A DNA stretch of 59,153 bases, filler included, from 9 parts of 9 records of this genome joined end to end with filler, not necessarily neighbours in it, one strand, 5' to 3'. Positions 9,645-19,337 are shown, counted from the whole stretch's first letter. Notes: a model not told the origin generated them from the letters alone. A program made the numbers and translations.

Positions 9645-11122
9645 GCTGCATCCCCTTCAAGTATCTCTTTGGCCCACTTAATCATTTCATCACTGTGGTC
9701 ATCCGCGGCCGTTTCGACCGGTATGTAATCCACAAGGTAAAAGAAACAATGCGTATCCCACACATCCGGGCTCTTTATCCCTTGGCCCCTCATCCGTTCT
9801 TTTGTCCAGATTGCATACCGCCCTCGCTCGTCTAGGTCGTAGGGGATCTTGGCTCCCTCTTCGACAATCTTTTTCACAGGGGCGACCTTCATTCTCTCCT
9901 CGAACACGGCCTCCCGGACCTTCACCGACGCATAGGCACGCTGATTTTTATACCGCCGCTTATCCGCCTCGGAATGGCAGGGTAACCCCCAATGTATGGG
10001 TTCGCATTGCATCCCCAGTTCATCCAGTTCCAGGATAACCGTCCGCCCTGCCCCGTCTCCGTCCACCGCAATGGTGACAGAAGGCAGTTCCAGGCATCTC
10101 TGATAGAGCTTCCTGGCAAATTCTTTTTCATTCAGATTCAGGAACTCCCGGCATTCGGTAACCTCAACCTTACGCTTCTCGTAATATCCGGACACCTTGC
10201 CAATGGTCCAGACGGACGAATCCCGGTGTACGCCTTCGGCCACGTCCACGGTGACAACCCATCCCCATGATTCTTCATGGATGATTTCAAGCCCCTGGGA
10301 CAATTCCAACCATCGTTTGGGAATCAGGTACCCGGTCAAATTATCCGGTAGGCAGCCCAAGACCTTGATCTGGTATTCAGGGCTATGGTGGCCACCGTAC
10401 TCGATCAGTTTTTCCCGGATAAACTTCTTGGAAACAATGGGGGAAAGCTCGGCATTGAGGTTGAACGTCGTGTAAAGATCGCTCAGTTTCCCGAAAGCGT
10501 CAGCAAAGTGCCCCACTGGCCTTGTGGGCTGGGAGACCATGACATACCGGTTATCCTCATGGGTGAGAGCGCCCCTCAATACGCCATGGATCTCATCCTC
10601 AACGCCTGAAGCCTCATCAACAATGCAGATATAGTTGTTATTATGCTGGCCGGCCACATTCTCAGGGGCGCTCTTGCTGGCTGTCTTGGGGATTACATAC
10701 CAGGAGTCTTTATACAACCGCATGTAATACCGCTTGGTTTCCTTGACAAACCACCCGGCCATCCAGGGGTGTCGCCGGTCCACATTGATAATGACCTCAT
10801 CCATGTATTTCCAGACCACGGAACGCACCTGCTCGATGTTGGTCGCGGTCAACAGTGCATTGGAATACGGGTATACCCTCAGGTGCCAATCAAGCACATA
10901 GGCCAGTAACCAACTTTTTCCGGTGCCATGGCCGCTGGCCGCTGCCACCCGGCACCCGGGTTCCTGAATAGCTTTGACCAGGTCAATTTGTTGCCAGGTA
11001 AGCCGGTGCGGGGCATGGTCCAGCATGTACCCAACCAGATCCCCCCGGTACCTGGCACAAAAATCAAGATACCGGGGGTCCCGGGTAAGGGAACGCTTCT
11101 TACTGCTCTTCCTTCGGGCCAT
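9641..11122 (-). CDS. pacB: Terminase large subunit, P1 PacB-like
   Basis: TWQQ, Walker A SGHGTGKS, Walker B IVDEASGV, SQPTRP, nuclease VDVA...RDSSV and SPDVWDT. Likely ATG at 11122 after a G-rich RBS. Confidence 0.9.
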   Translation of the reverse strand: MARRKSSKKRSLTRDPRYLDFCARYRGDLVGYMLDHAPHRLTWQQIDLVKAIQEPGCRVAAASGHGTGKSWLLAYVLDWHLRVYPYSNALLTATNIEQVRSVVWKYMDEVIINVDRRHPWMAGWFVKETKRYYMRLYKDSWYVIPKTASKSAPENVAGQHNNNYICIVDEASGVEDEIHGVLRGALTHEDNRYVMVSQPTRPVGHFADAFGKLSDLYTTFNLNAELSPIVSKKFIREKLIEYGGHHSPEYQIKVLGCLPDNLTGYLIPKRWLELSQGLEIIHEESWGWVVTVDVAEGVHRDSSVWTIGKVSGYYEKRKVEVTECREFLNLNEKEFARKLYQRCLELPSVTIAVDGDGAGRTVILELDELGMQCEPIHWGLPCHSEADKRRYKNQRAYASVKVREAVFEERMKVAPVKKIVEEGAKIPYDLDERGRYAIWTKERMRGQGIKSPDVWDTHCFFYLVDYIPVETAADDHSDEMIKWAKEILEGDAA

Positions 11123-12137
11123 CCCCACCCTCCCCGAAGGAGTCGACATGGGACAGGTCCTCTTTGATCTGGACCACGGCCTTTTTCCGTTCGGCCACAA
11201 ACTCTACCCGCTCAGTCTCAATCTCCATCAACATCTTCTGGCGCCGGGCCAGGATCTCTTCCTCGGTGATCTCGTCACCGTCATCAGGCGGGGCCTCTTC
11301 CGGCTGGTGCTTCTGTAACAGCATTTTCAAGGGTTCCGGCATCTGTACACCCAAGCGAACACAACCAATAGCAGCCTCTTCAATGTCCATGGTGCCATCG
11401 GCCAGGCCGTCAAAAATGGACCTCATGTCCGCCATTTTTTCAAGGCCTTTGATGTTCGGCATGATCCGCTCAAACGCCCTTTGCATATCGATCACAAAAT
11501 TGGCCATTTCCCTTGAAGCGGATGGGGATTTAGCATCCTTCCAGTAAGATTTTGCATCCGCTGCATCCTTCAGCACATCAAAAAGCTTCCATTGCGTAAG
11601 AAGGACCTCTGCATACATATTTCTGGCCTCGTCGACGGCACGCTCCTCTACGAACGCTTGGATGGCTTTCCCGGAACTCTCTTTTATGGCAGCTTCTTTC
11701 TCCTTCCTCCAGCCAACTGTATTTCTGCGGAAAGTGGTATTCTCTGAATCTATCCCATGGAACCTTGCAAATGCCGATACGGTCTTGAATTTCCCTCTTA
11801 TGAATTCCTCTTTGAGGGTCGGCCAGTCGAGGGCGGCGACAGAGGTTACTTCCCGATTTTTTGAGGTTACCTTCTGTTTTTTTGGGGTTACCTCCTGCTT
11901 TTTTGGGGTAACTTTTTTGTTTTTCGCAGCTCCGGTCTTTTTTTTTGTCTTTTTTGAGGGTTTCTTTTTTCCCTTCAAGACGCCTAAAATTTTTTTCAAA
12001 TACGGCAAAGACATTGTTACGCCGAGTTCTTCACTCCTCCGCTCACAGAATTTTGCCTGGGTTACTTTTTCACCGGATTCTTTTAGTTTAAGAAAAAGTA
12101 ACCCCTCGGCCTGATAGTCTATTTTCTTTTCACTCAT
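11100..12137 (-). CDS. pacA: Terminase small subunit, P1 PacA-like
   Basis: Directly upstream of and overlapping pacB. DW..LKEEF HTH-like segment and a C-terminal IEEAA....LGVQMP...RR....FVAERK region resembling PacA. Confidence 0.7.
   Translation of the reverse strand: MSEKKIDYQAEGLLFLKLKESGEKVTQAKFCERRSEELGVTMSLPYLKKILGVLKGKKKPSKKTKKKTGAAKNKKVTPKKQEVTPKKQKVTSKNREVTSVAALDWPTLKEEFIRGKFKTVSAFARFHGIDSENTTFRRNTVGWRKEKEAAIKESSGKAIQAFVEERAVDEARNMYAEVLLTQWKLFDVLKDAADAKSYWKDAKSPSASREMANFVIDMQRAFERIMPNIKGLEKMADMRSIFDGLADGTMDIEEAAIGCVRLGVQMPEPLKMLLQKHQPEEAPPDDGDEITEEEILARRQKMLMEIETERVEFVAERKKAVVQIKEDLSHVDSFGEGGDGPKEEQ
11844..11912. repeat. Four-copy 21-bp tandem repeat (GGTWAC core) inside pacA; candidate pac site
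   Basis: GGTTAC at 11844, 11865 and 11886, GGTAAC at 11907: exact 21-bp period, separated by T-tracts. Confidence 0.85.
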
Positions 12138-12489
12138 ACTGAGCTGCTCTCTTTCTCTCCTCGTATTCAACCATGGTTCGGCAAACTGCTTCTCGGGTGT
12201 CGAACCGTGTTTGACATCTCTTGCAATCACGAACTCTCACTACGACCCCGGGGTCGGTCGGAATGGTTTGAGTAACGGTTGACTTTGTGTTGCAGACAGG
12301 ACAACGATCCGCTTTGGTCTGGCGAATCGGCCCGGCAACGGTTTGCTCGATGATGCTTGCAAAAACTTCTCTCGTCTCGAACCCGGCATTGCAGGCATTG
12401 CATTTCCGCCACCTGCAAATTGCTAACGTATTATCTTTCCTGTCGACCCCCGGGCTCCTCATGCGCCCACCGCAATTCAAACACTCCAA
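12130..12489 (-). CDS. Tandem double zinc-ribbon protein (NrdR-N/Ogr-Delta-like); putative late-gene regulator
   Basis: Two CxxC...R.R.CxxC...F.T.E units; overlaps the pacA start. Confidence 0.7.
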   Translation of the reverse strand: MECLNCGGRMRSPGVDRKDNTLAICRWRKCNACNAGFETREVFASIIEQTVAGPIRQTKADRCPVCNTKSTVTQTIPTDPGVVVRVRDCKRCQTRFDTREAVCRTMVEYEERKRAAQYE

Positions 12490-12501
12490 ACTCGATACTC
12501 C

Positions 12502-12732
12502 TCACGGAATTGAAGAATTACGCTCTTCAATTCTAAAATTTTCAGGTAGAGATGCCAATTGGGGCCAGGGAGAACCAAACTCGTCCGGCCAAAGACACTT
12601 ACACCTGGATACTCCCAACAACCTCTCAACTTTTTTGGCCATGCCCGGTGTCCAGCATTTACGCCCATGTTTCAGATCACAAAGATGTTGGGCCGTAATG
12701 CCAAGCAATTTGGCAATGGTAACTTGCTTCAA
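12502..12732 (-). CDS. Cro/XRE-like HTH protein
   Basis: KQVTIAKLLGITAQHLCDLKHGRK. TTG start overlaps the upstream stop (TTGA) with a GGGAG RBS. Confidence 0.7.
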   Translation of the reverse strand: MKQVTIAKLLGITAQHLCDLKHGRKCWTPGMAKKVERLLGVSRCKCLWPDEFGSPWPQLASLPENFRIEERNSSIP

Positions 12733-13529
12733 ACCGCCACTCCCATATCCTGAACGCCCTGTGTGTAACACTCGACGCCGATTCTCATGCATGCGGCCTT
12801 CATAGAGTCCAGGGTTTTGACATCCCCAACGAATGGGGCAATGAGCTCCGCCAAGGCCTCCCACTTCTCATCGGCCACGGCCTGGGCCTTTTCGGGGATA
12901 CAGGCAGCATCGCTAACGATTCTCTCTCGTCTCCGCTCCCGTGTTTTTACCCGGGCCCGAGCATTCTTAGCCTGGCGTTTGCACTCATTGCAGTGGTATT
13001 TCTTGGTACTCCAAGCGCCTTCACTCATCCCTTCCCGCTTGTAGAAAATCTTCCCGCACGCCTCGTATGCGCACCGCTTCCAGGTGACCCCTTCCAAGGC
13101 TGAATCTGGTTTATCACCTGAATCGCTTTTTGCATTATTTAACGAAGTTTCAGCGCTCGACGCATACAGTTGCACTCGAACACCCGTGAAGGCCGATTTT
13201 TCAGTGCAACAATCTCGCCCTGCGGCCAATCCATCTGTTTTTGTTTCCACGTTTTTTACATTTCCCTCCAAATCCACTGTTTGCATGCCAAGCTTACAGC
13301 CCTTCTTTCTCAAAATTCGTTCGATGTCTTTTTTGCGTGCATGTTGCGGCATTGCCCGGTGCAAAGAACAATACTTCATCCTGGCCCAACTCTTCGAACT
13401 GGCGCCCTCAGGCCGTGTAAACGATTCACCACACGGGCAAATCTTGACCTCGCCCCTCTTGGGTGAGGCAATCTCTTCCTCCAGGACGGCTTTCAAAACG
13501 TCGATGTTGCTCTGTGTTTCTGTGCTCAT
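12729..13529 (-). CDS. Phage protein with two repeated Cys-rich zinc-finger-like motifs
   Basis: CPCGESF.R.EG.S...W...KYC and C....CGKIF.KREG.S...W...KYHC..C; ATGA overlap with the upstream gene. Confidence 0.7.
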   Translation of the reverse strand: MSTETQSNIDVLKAVLEEEIASPKRGEVKICPCGESFTRPEGASSKSWARMKYCSLHRAMPQHARKKDIERILRKKGCKLGMQTVDLEGNVKNVETKTDGLAAGRDCCTEKSAFTGVRVQLYASSAETSLNNAKSDSGDKPDSALEGVTWKRCAYEACGKIFYKREGMSEGAWSTKKYHCNECKRQAKNARARVKTRERRRERIVSDAACIPEKAQAVADEKWEALAELIAPFVGDVKTLDSMKAACMRIGVECYTQGVQDMGVAV

Positions 13530-13708
13530 GCTTCACCTCTCGGGGTGCCTTGCCCAGGCCGGACACTCCACAACGGGCAGTCCTCAACGTCGCATTGAGA
13601 TATCTCGGATTGCGATCCCTGGCAGCAATCCAAGCAGTTGGCATTGATTGCAGACCTCAGGGCCTCGGGGTTCTCTTCTGGTTTTCGAATAGTGCTACAC
13701 TGTGTCAT
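13526..13708 (-). CDS. Small Cys-rich phage protein
   Basis: AINANCLDCC.G...EI..C....CPLW..R pattern; ATGA overlaps on both sides. Confidence 0.7.
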   Translation of the reverse strand: MTQCSTIRKPEENPEALRSAINANCLDCCQGSQSEISQCDVEDCPLWSVRPGQGTPRGEA

Positions 13709-14181
13709 CTCTTTCTCCTGCTGTTGTAAAAATATCTCTCGGCCTGATACGCAATCAGCATGGCCTCAGCCCGGTCGTGATCTTTCTCTCTCAAAAAATA
13801 CTCACTCTCCGGGAACATCCGCCTGGCCACGGCCAATGATTTCTTTTTCGTCGTGCTGCCGTCGGACTTCTTGAACAGCCCTTTTCTCCAAGCTCGAGGG
13901 GCGACAAACTTGAACGGGATCTCCAGGGAAGCCAAGACGCCCTGCCAAAATCCGAAGTTTGTGCCGAACTTGAACGCCGATGCCCTGCCATCCTCCGGCA
14001 TGCTATGGACCAGCTCCAGGAATGCCCCCTGGATGTGATACTCGCGGTTCCACTCCCGGATCAGGGCCGAAGTTTTTAAGATGCCGGCATAGTCTGCGAT
14101 CATGATCTGGGATCCCGATTTCAGGCAGGCTGCCCCGGATCCCCCGGGATCTATACCGAGCCACCACTCTTGCGTTACCAT
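13705..14181 (-). CDS. Phage RuvC-like Holliday junction resolvase
   Basis: LGIDPG.SGA, FLELV, SAFKFG.NFG, P..WRK and KDHDRAEAMLIA catalytic blocks. Confidence 0.88.
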   Translation of the reverse strand: MVTQEWWLGIDPGGSGAACLKSGSQIMIADYAGILKTSALIREWNREYHIQGAFLELVHSMPEDGRASAFKFGTNFGFWQGVLASLEIPFKFVAPRAWRKGLFKKSDGSTTKKKSLAVARRMFPESEYFLREKDHDRAEAMLIAYQAERYFYNSRRKR

Positions 14182-14342
14182 TCCAAAAAAGTCTCCAATG
14201 CGGCGTAGAACTCAACAAGGAGTGCAAACCCCCAAATTCCGACATAATACGAATCCACAGAATCAAACTTTAACTTTTTTACAAATCGGCCACCTGCGAT
14301 TATGCAGACAAAGATTGCCACGATCAAATTTAAGCTCTTCAT
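14175..14342 (-). CDS. 55-aa two-helix membrane protein (absent from the ORF track)
   Basis: Manual translation: MKSLNLIVAIFVCIIAGGRFVKKLKFDSVDSYYVGIWGFALLVEFYAALETFLEW. ATGA overlap upstream; its stop overlaps the resolvase start. Confidence 0.6.
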   Translation of the reverse strand: MKSLNLIVAIFVCIIAGGRFVKKLKFDSVDSYYVGIWGFALLVEFYAALETFLEW

Positions 14343-14566
14343 TTTCTCTTCCTCCTCAACCCGTACACCCTGGTCATAATCTCCACATCCTCCTCGTTCA
14401 GCGCACAGTCACCAGGCTTGATGCCCAAGTAATTGTGTGACGGAAATCTATGATACGCACAGACTCCGTTCTCGGCAAAACCACAAGTCTTCCGGCAGAG
14501 CCCCCTGTCTTTGGCTTGCTCGATTTTCAGAAATGCCCTCTGGTGTCCGTGCTCAGTTTTTGACAT
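14339..14566 (-). CDS. Small Cys-containing phage hypothetical protein
   Basis: Fills the gap in the co-oriented gene run with overlaps on both sides. Confidence 0.5.
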   Translation of the reverse strand: MSKTEHGHQRAFLKIEQAKDRGLCRKTCGFAENGVCAYHRFPSHNYLGIKPGDCALNEEDVEIMTRVYGLRRKRK

Positions 14567-15002
14567 TCTTGAACAACCCATGGGTCAGCCCCTCCAGCTC
14601 TTTCGGATTCAGCGCTTTCATCTCCTCGTGGATCTCAATCGCCTCTCGCTCATTCCAGTTACCGTCCTTGGTTTTCAGGATCGTAGAGGCAGTCCCCCAT
14701 GGGGATTCCGTAGATGGCCAAAACAAGACCAGGCCCTTGAGGGTTTCAGCCACGGCTCCTGGATGTCTGCTGTTCTTGATTTGCTTCTGAGCCCACTGGT
14801 AGGGGTTAAAGGCTTTCGCCTTAGGTGGGAGTTGGCAGATCTCCTTGCAGGCTTCGTTGATGGCTTTGAAGAATTCTGCCGTGCTCTTGATGTCCTGACT
14901 ACCGCCTTTGGGTTTCACTGTCCTGTCAAACTCAAAAAAAGCCCCCGGGGCCTCCCCGGGGTTTTCTTTTACGTTTGGAGAAGGAGAAGGAGAAGGAGAA
15001 GG
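14553..15002 (-). CDS. C-terminal part of a probable phage replication protein; 5'-truncated
   Basis: Frame is open to the contig end and reads PSPSPSPSPNVKEN..., a linker typical of phage replication initiators. Confidence 0.5.
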   Translation of the reverse strand, partial: PSPSPSPSPNVKENPGEAPGAFFEFDRTVKPKGGSQDIKSTAEFFKAINEACKEICQLPPKAKAFNPYQWAQKQIKNSRHPGAVAETLKGLVLFWPSTESPWGTASTILKTKDGNWNEREAIEIHEEMKALNPKELEGLTHGLFKNVKN

Positions 15003-15103
15003 ANNNNNNNNNNNNNNNNNNNNNNNNNNNNNNNNNNNNNNNNNNNNTTAATTAATTAANNNNNNNNNNNNNNNNNNNNNNNNNNNNNNNNNNNNNNNNN
15101 NNN

Positions 15104-17146
15104 CCCGTTTAAGGCAAATTTCATATTTCCGGTCCCTGAGGCTTCTGTACCTGCTGTAGATATCTGTTCGGAGAGATCTGCTGCAGGTATTATTTTTTCA
15201 GCCAGGGAAACATTGTAATTCGGAATAAAAACGACCTTGAGCCGGTTGTCGACCCGTGGGTCGTTGTTGATGACTTTGGCCACCGAGTTGATCAGTTTAA
15301 TGATAAGCTTGGCTCGGTGATAGGATGGGGCAGCCTTGCCTGCAAAAATTACTGTCCTGGCTTGGATATCGATATCCGGTGTGGTTATTAACCGCTGATA
15401 AAACTCAATGATGTGCAGCACATTCAGCAGTTGGCGTTTATATTCATGGATACGTTTGACTTGGATATCAAACATGGAGGTTGGATCCACCACAATACCT
15501 GAGTTGTTTTCGATCAAGGCAGCCAACCGCTTTTTATTCTCCAGCTTGATGTGCTGCCATTGACTGCAAAACTTTTTATCCGTATGAAACGGCTCCAGCA
15601 TGCGGAGCTGGTCAAGGTCTGTTACCCAGTTACTGCCTGTTTTTTCACTGATTAAGGATGACAACTCAGGGTTACACTTGAGCAGCCATCTGCGGGGCGT
15701 TATTCCGTTTGTTTTTGAGTTGATTCTCGTGGGATACATTTCGTGGAAATTGCGAAAAAGGTGCTGTTTCAATAACTCGGTATGAAGGGCGGCTACTCCA
15801 TTTGTAGAATGGCTGCCGATAATCGCCAGGTTGGCCATTCTGACTCTTTTGGGCTGATTTTCATCAATGATTGACATTTCCTCAAGTTTTCGCAGGTTAC
15901 CGGGGTAGCGTTCGCTTACCTCTTCTAAAAATCTACGATTGATCTCATATATAATTTCTATGTGCCTAGGCAGTACCCGGGACAGCATTTCCACTGTCCA
16001 TGTTTCAAGTGCCTCCGGCATAAGTGTATGATTGGTGTAGGCAAAAGTCTTTACGCAGATGTCCCAGGACTCTACCCAACCCAATTTTTCATCATCAAGC
16101 AGAATTCGCATCAGTTCTGGGATGGCTATGGAAGGGTGGGTATCGTTGAGCTGCACCGCTACCTGGTTGGGGAAATCGTTAAATGTTTCATTCTCTTTAC
16201 GATAACGTCGGAGGACATCTTGGAAGGTGGCAGCTACGAAAAAGTATTGCTGTTTAAGTCGCAGTTCCTGGCCTTCACGAATATCGTCTGACGGGTAGAG
16301 GACCTTGGAAAGGGTTTCAGAGCGTACTTTATTTTCAACTGCACTGATATAATCGCCGGCATTGAAAAAACTGAGATCAAGTTCTCTGGATGCTTTGGCC
16401 TTCCAGAGGCGCATGTTGATAACATGGTCATTGTTGAACCCTGGTACCAGCATGTCACAGGCCAGGGCCATGATGACTTCGGTATCAACCCACTGTGGTT
16501 GGTAATTACCTTCTGCGTCTGTACCACTGCTGACCCGCCCGTAAAAATGGACAGGATACATGAAGGAGGTTCGTTCATAGATCCAGGGGGAGCCAAGGCG
16601 CATCCAGCTGTCGGGTGCTTCAAGCTGATAGCCATCGACAATGGTCTGGTTGAAGAGGCCAAAGTCGTACAATATGCCATAGCCATAGGCGGGGATCTTC
16701 ATGGTGGCGATCGAGTCCATAAAACAGGAAGCAAGACGTCCCAGGCCACCGTTGCCCAGCGCTGCATCTTCTTCGTATTCACATAATACTTCGAGGTCGT
16801 ACCCGAGTTGCTCCAATGCCTCGGTCACTTGACCCAAAAGCCCCATGTTGATGATCGCGTTGCCTAATGATCGTCCAACTAGAAATTCAAGGGACAGGTA
16901 GTAAACCCTTTTTTTGTTATGGGCATAAACCGTCTTTTGGGTATTAATCCATTTTTCCATGAGCATGTCGCGCAAGGCATAGGAAAGTGCCCTATAAACA
17001 TCCTGTCCGCCCGCCATCAGGGGGTCACGTCCCTGAAAGCTGACGAGGTGGCGGCGGATGCGTGCCTTGAATTCTTCAATGCCGGTGTTGCCAAAAATGG
17101 ATGTATAGGCATTGTTTGAATTGGGAGAATCTGTTTGCAGGTCCAT
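15104..17146 (-). CDS. glgP: Glycogen/starch phosphorylase; 3'-truncated
   Basis: LGNGGLGRLASC, LRLKQQYFF, QLNDTHP, AYTNHT, KTNGITPRRW, QVKRIHEYKRQ, EASGTGNMK. Confidence 0.98.
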
Positions 17147-17409
17147 AGCCTCTCCTTAGGTTGATGAAAGGTAGGAAAAGAAAATAATTACAGGAAACAA
17201 TTATTTAATGATATATGAAGTGTAATGCAAGACGCTTCATTTTGCCAATTAATATGATGCAATCTATTGATATAAGGGTATGAATAGTATTTTGGTTGTT
17301 TAAAAAAAGGGCGTGATGTTTTGCTTATGAAGTAAAAGAGAGGGTACCTGAGAATAATATTACCAAAAGGCAGCTATGAATAACCCTTGAGCACCATCAG
17401 ATACATGAG

Positions 17410-17935
17410 GAAAGAGCACTCCTCCGTAAAATGTTGGCAAATATTATTGATTCCATGCCTTCTGTGCTCATTGGTGTGGATGCCAGCGGAGGGGTTACCC
17501 AATGGAATAAAGAAGCTGAAAGAGTGACAGGTATTGAACAGGCGGTTGCATTGGGGAAAAGGCTAGGAGAAAGATATCCGTATTTTCAAACGCAGGTTCT
17601 TGAGGAGGTAAATGCTGCTGTAAAGTGCAGGGAGGTAAGGCCTCACCTGAAAAACACCCGCAGCATAAAAGGTAAGACACTCTATGAAGATGTCACCGTT
17701 TATCCCTTAGTTTCAAATGGGATAGAAGGGGCTGTTATCCGGGTAGATAATATTATTGAGCGGGTGCAGTTGGAAGAGGCGATCATCCAGGCAGACAGAA
17801 TGTGGTGGCCACCAGTGGTTACTTAAATGGTCCGGTGCTTGCCAGATATGAAAGCCATGGTTTTTGCGGGGTACTTCCAAGCCTTTTCAGCTGAAAGACC
17901 TGGCCGCCGTGTTGCAGGATGTACTAGGAAATTGA
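17410..17935 (+). pseudogene. Collapsed hybrid sensor kinase: PAS domain joined out of frame to a REC C-terminal remnant
   Basis: PAS (IIDSMPS...WNKEAE...IRVD) ends at IIQADR. From 17802 another frame reads VVATSGYLNGPVLARYESHGFCGVLP, then after a 1-nt shift KPFQLKDLAAVLQDVLGN*. Confidence 0.7.
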
Positions 17936-17939
17936 CAAC

Positions 17940-17966
17940 AGGTGGAGTGGGTTGACCCCTCCACCT
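17940..17966. terminator. Hairpin between convergent genes
   Basis: AGGTGGAG...CTCCACCT stem with an inner GGGT/ACCC pairing; no clear U-tract. Confidence 0.4.
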
Positions 17967-17993
17967 TGCCGAACCAATTGTTACTGTTACCTG

Positions 17994-19322
17994 CTAACCC
18001 TTGTTTTTTTTAACTTCATAACTATCTGCTATCCGGTCCTGAAGAACAACCGAACCAAAACCAAGAGGATCGGTTGTTTTGTATAGATCTTTGGCCGTAT
18101 CCTGGCATTTCCTGCAGCTGTTGAAGGGCACTGTAAAGGCGTGAACATAGTTGTTAAGGCCTGAGGCGGTTATTTCTGTAAAACCGGGACAGTGCGGACA
18201 GGTATGATAGGATCTCTCCTCCTCTACATCAAAACCGGTGGTGTCGTAATATATTCGCTTACTGGTTGTTACCACCTTTTCAGCGGCCATTTCCTTTTTT
18301 AACTGATCTCTTTGCTGATAGAGCTTCAAAGCCTGATCGCAAACTGTTGCAATGTGGCTGTTCATATCTGCAGACTGAGTAAAGTTTCGCGGATCGTAAT
18401 CCGGTTCCTTGACGTTGGAGGTATCCAGGCCAGCCATGGCCAGGATGATCCCCAGATTTGTATAGGGGAGAGCCCCTTCTATGGAATACCCTCCTTCAAG
18501 GACGCAGATATCAGGGTTGAGCAGACGATTGAGTCTGGCATATCCTTGGGCAGTGAAATTCATGTTGGTGATTGGGTCGGTGTAGTGGTTGTCTTGGCCT
18601 GCGGAATTGATAATGATTTCTGGCTGGAAATCATCGAGAATGGGCATGATTACCCTTTCCATAGCCATGTCAAATCCCTCTTCAGATGTGGCGGGAGGTA
18701 AGGGGAGGTTAATGGTGTAACCGGGCGCTGAAGGGCCGCCCGATTCATGGATAAATCCTGTTCCCGGATAGAGAGTACGTCCATCCTGGTGGAGCGAAAT
18801 AAACAGGGTGTCCGGATCGTTATAAAAAATATCCTGGGTGCCGTCCCCGTGGTGGCAGTCAGTATCCACCACTGCTACTTTTCTGACCCCGTAATGACGA
18901 CGGATATATTCCACCATGACTGCTTCTATATTGACGATGCAGAAACCGCGGTCACCAAAAACCGTCTGCATGGCATGATGACCAGGTGGTCTGACAACGG
19001 CAAAGGCTTTCTCCACCTCTTTGTCCATGACCGCCCGAGCTGCCCTTATGGCCCCTCCTGCAGATATAAGATGGGATTCGGTGAGGAGTTTTTGTGATGA
19101 GGGAATACAAAGGTGTACGCGGTCGATATCTTTATGCAGGGCTATTTCAGGATTGAAAAAAGAAATATTTTTTACATCCTCAAGGCCCTCCTCTATAAGC
19201 TGGTCTTTGGTGTAGAGGAGGCGCTCTTCTCGTTCCGGGTGGGTTGGACTAATGCACCAGTCAAATGCGGGGAAAAGGACAAGGCCTGTTGGGTTCGGTG
19301 CGGTAGGCATAAAGTGTGTCAT
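17994..19322 (-). CDS. Histone deacetylase-family amidohydrolase with Cys-containing C-terminal extension
   Basis: HPE, RPPGHHA, GFC, DTDCHHGDG, SAGQD..DP, LEGGY motifs. Confidence 0.92.
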   Translation of the reverse strand: MTHFMPTAPNPTGLVLFPAFDWCISPTHPEREERLLYTKDQLIEEGLEDVKNISFFNPEIALHKDIDRVHLCIPSSQKLLTESHLISAGGAIRAARAVMDKEVEKAFAVVRPPGHHAMQTVFGDRGFCIVNIEAVMVEYIRRHYGVRKVAVVDTDCHHGDGTQDIFYNDPDTLFISLHQDGRTLYPGTGFIHESGGPSAPGYTINLPLPPATSEEGFDMAMERVIMPILDDFQPEIIINSAGQDNHYTDPITNMNFTAQGYARLNRLLNPDICVLEGGYSIEGALPYTNLGIILAMAGLDTSNVKEPDYDPRNFTQSADMNSHIATVCDQALKLYQQRDQLKKEMAAEKVVTTSKRIYYDTTGFDVEEERSYHTCPHCPGFTEITASGLNNYVHAFTVPFNSCRKCQDTAKDLYKTTDPLGFGSVVLQDRIADSYEVKKNKG

Positions 19323-19337
19323 AGTGTTTTCCTCTTC

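Larger units (their letters stand above)
8373..15003 (-). mobile_element. Phage/prophage fragment with P1-like packaging and morphogenesis genes
   Basis: Co-oriented, overlapping replication-linker protein, RuvC-like resolvase, HTH, terminase pair and baseplate gene. Confidence 0.88.

Noticed and set aside
11844-11912. CRISPR or plasmid iteron interpretation of the 21-bp repeats
   Set aside because: No unique spacers, the repeats lie inside a terminase gene, and no Rep gene is adjacent.
14977-15003. (GGAGAA)n as a poly-Arg ORF or regulatory microsatellite
   Set aside because: Better explained as the Pro-Ser linker of the minus-strand phage gene.
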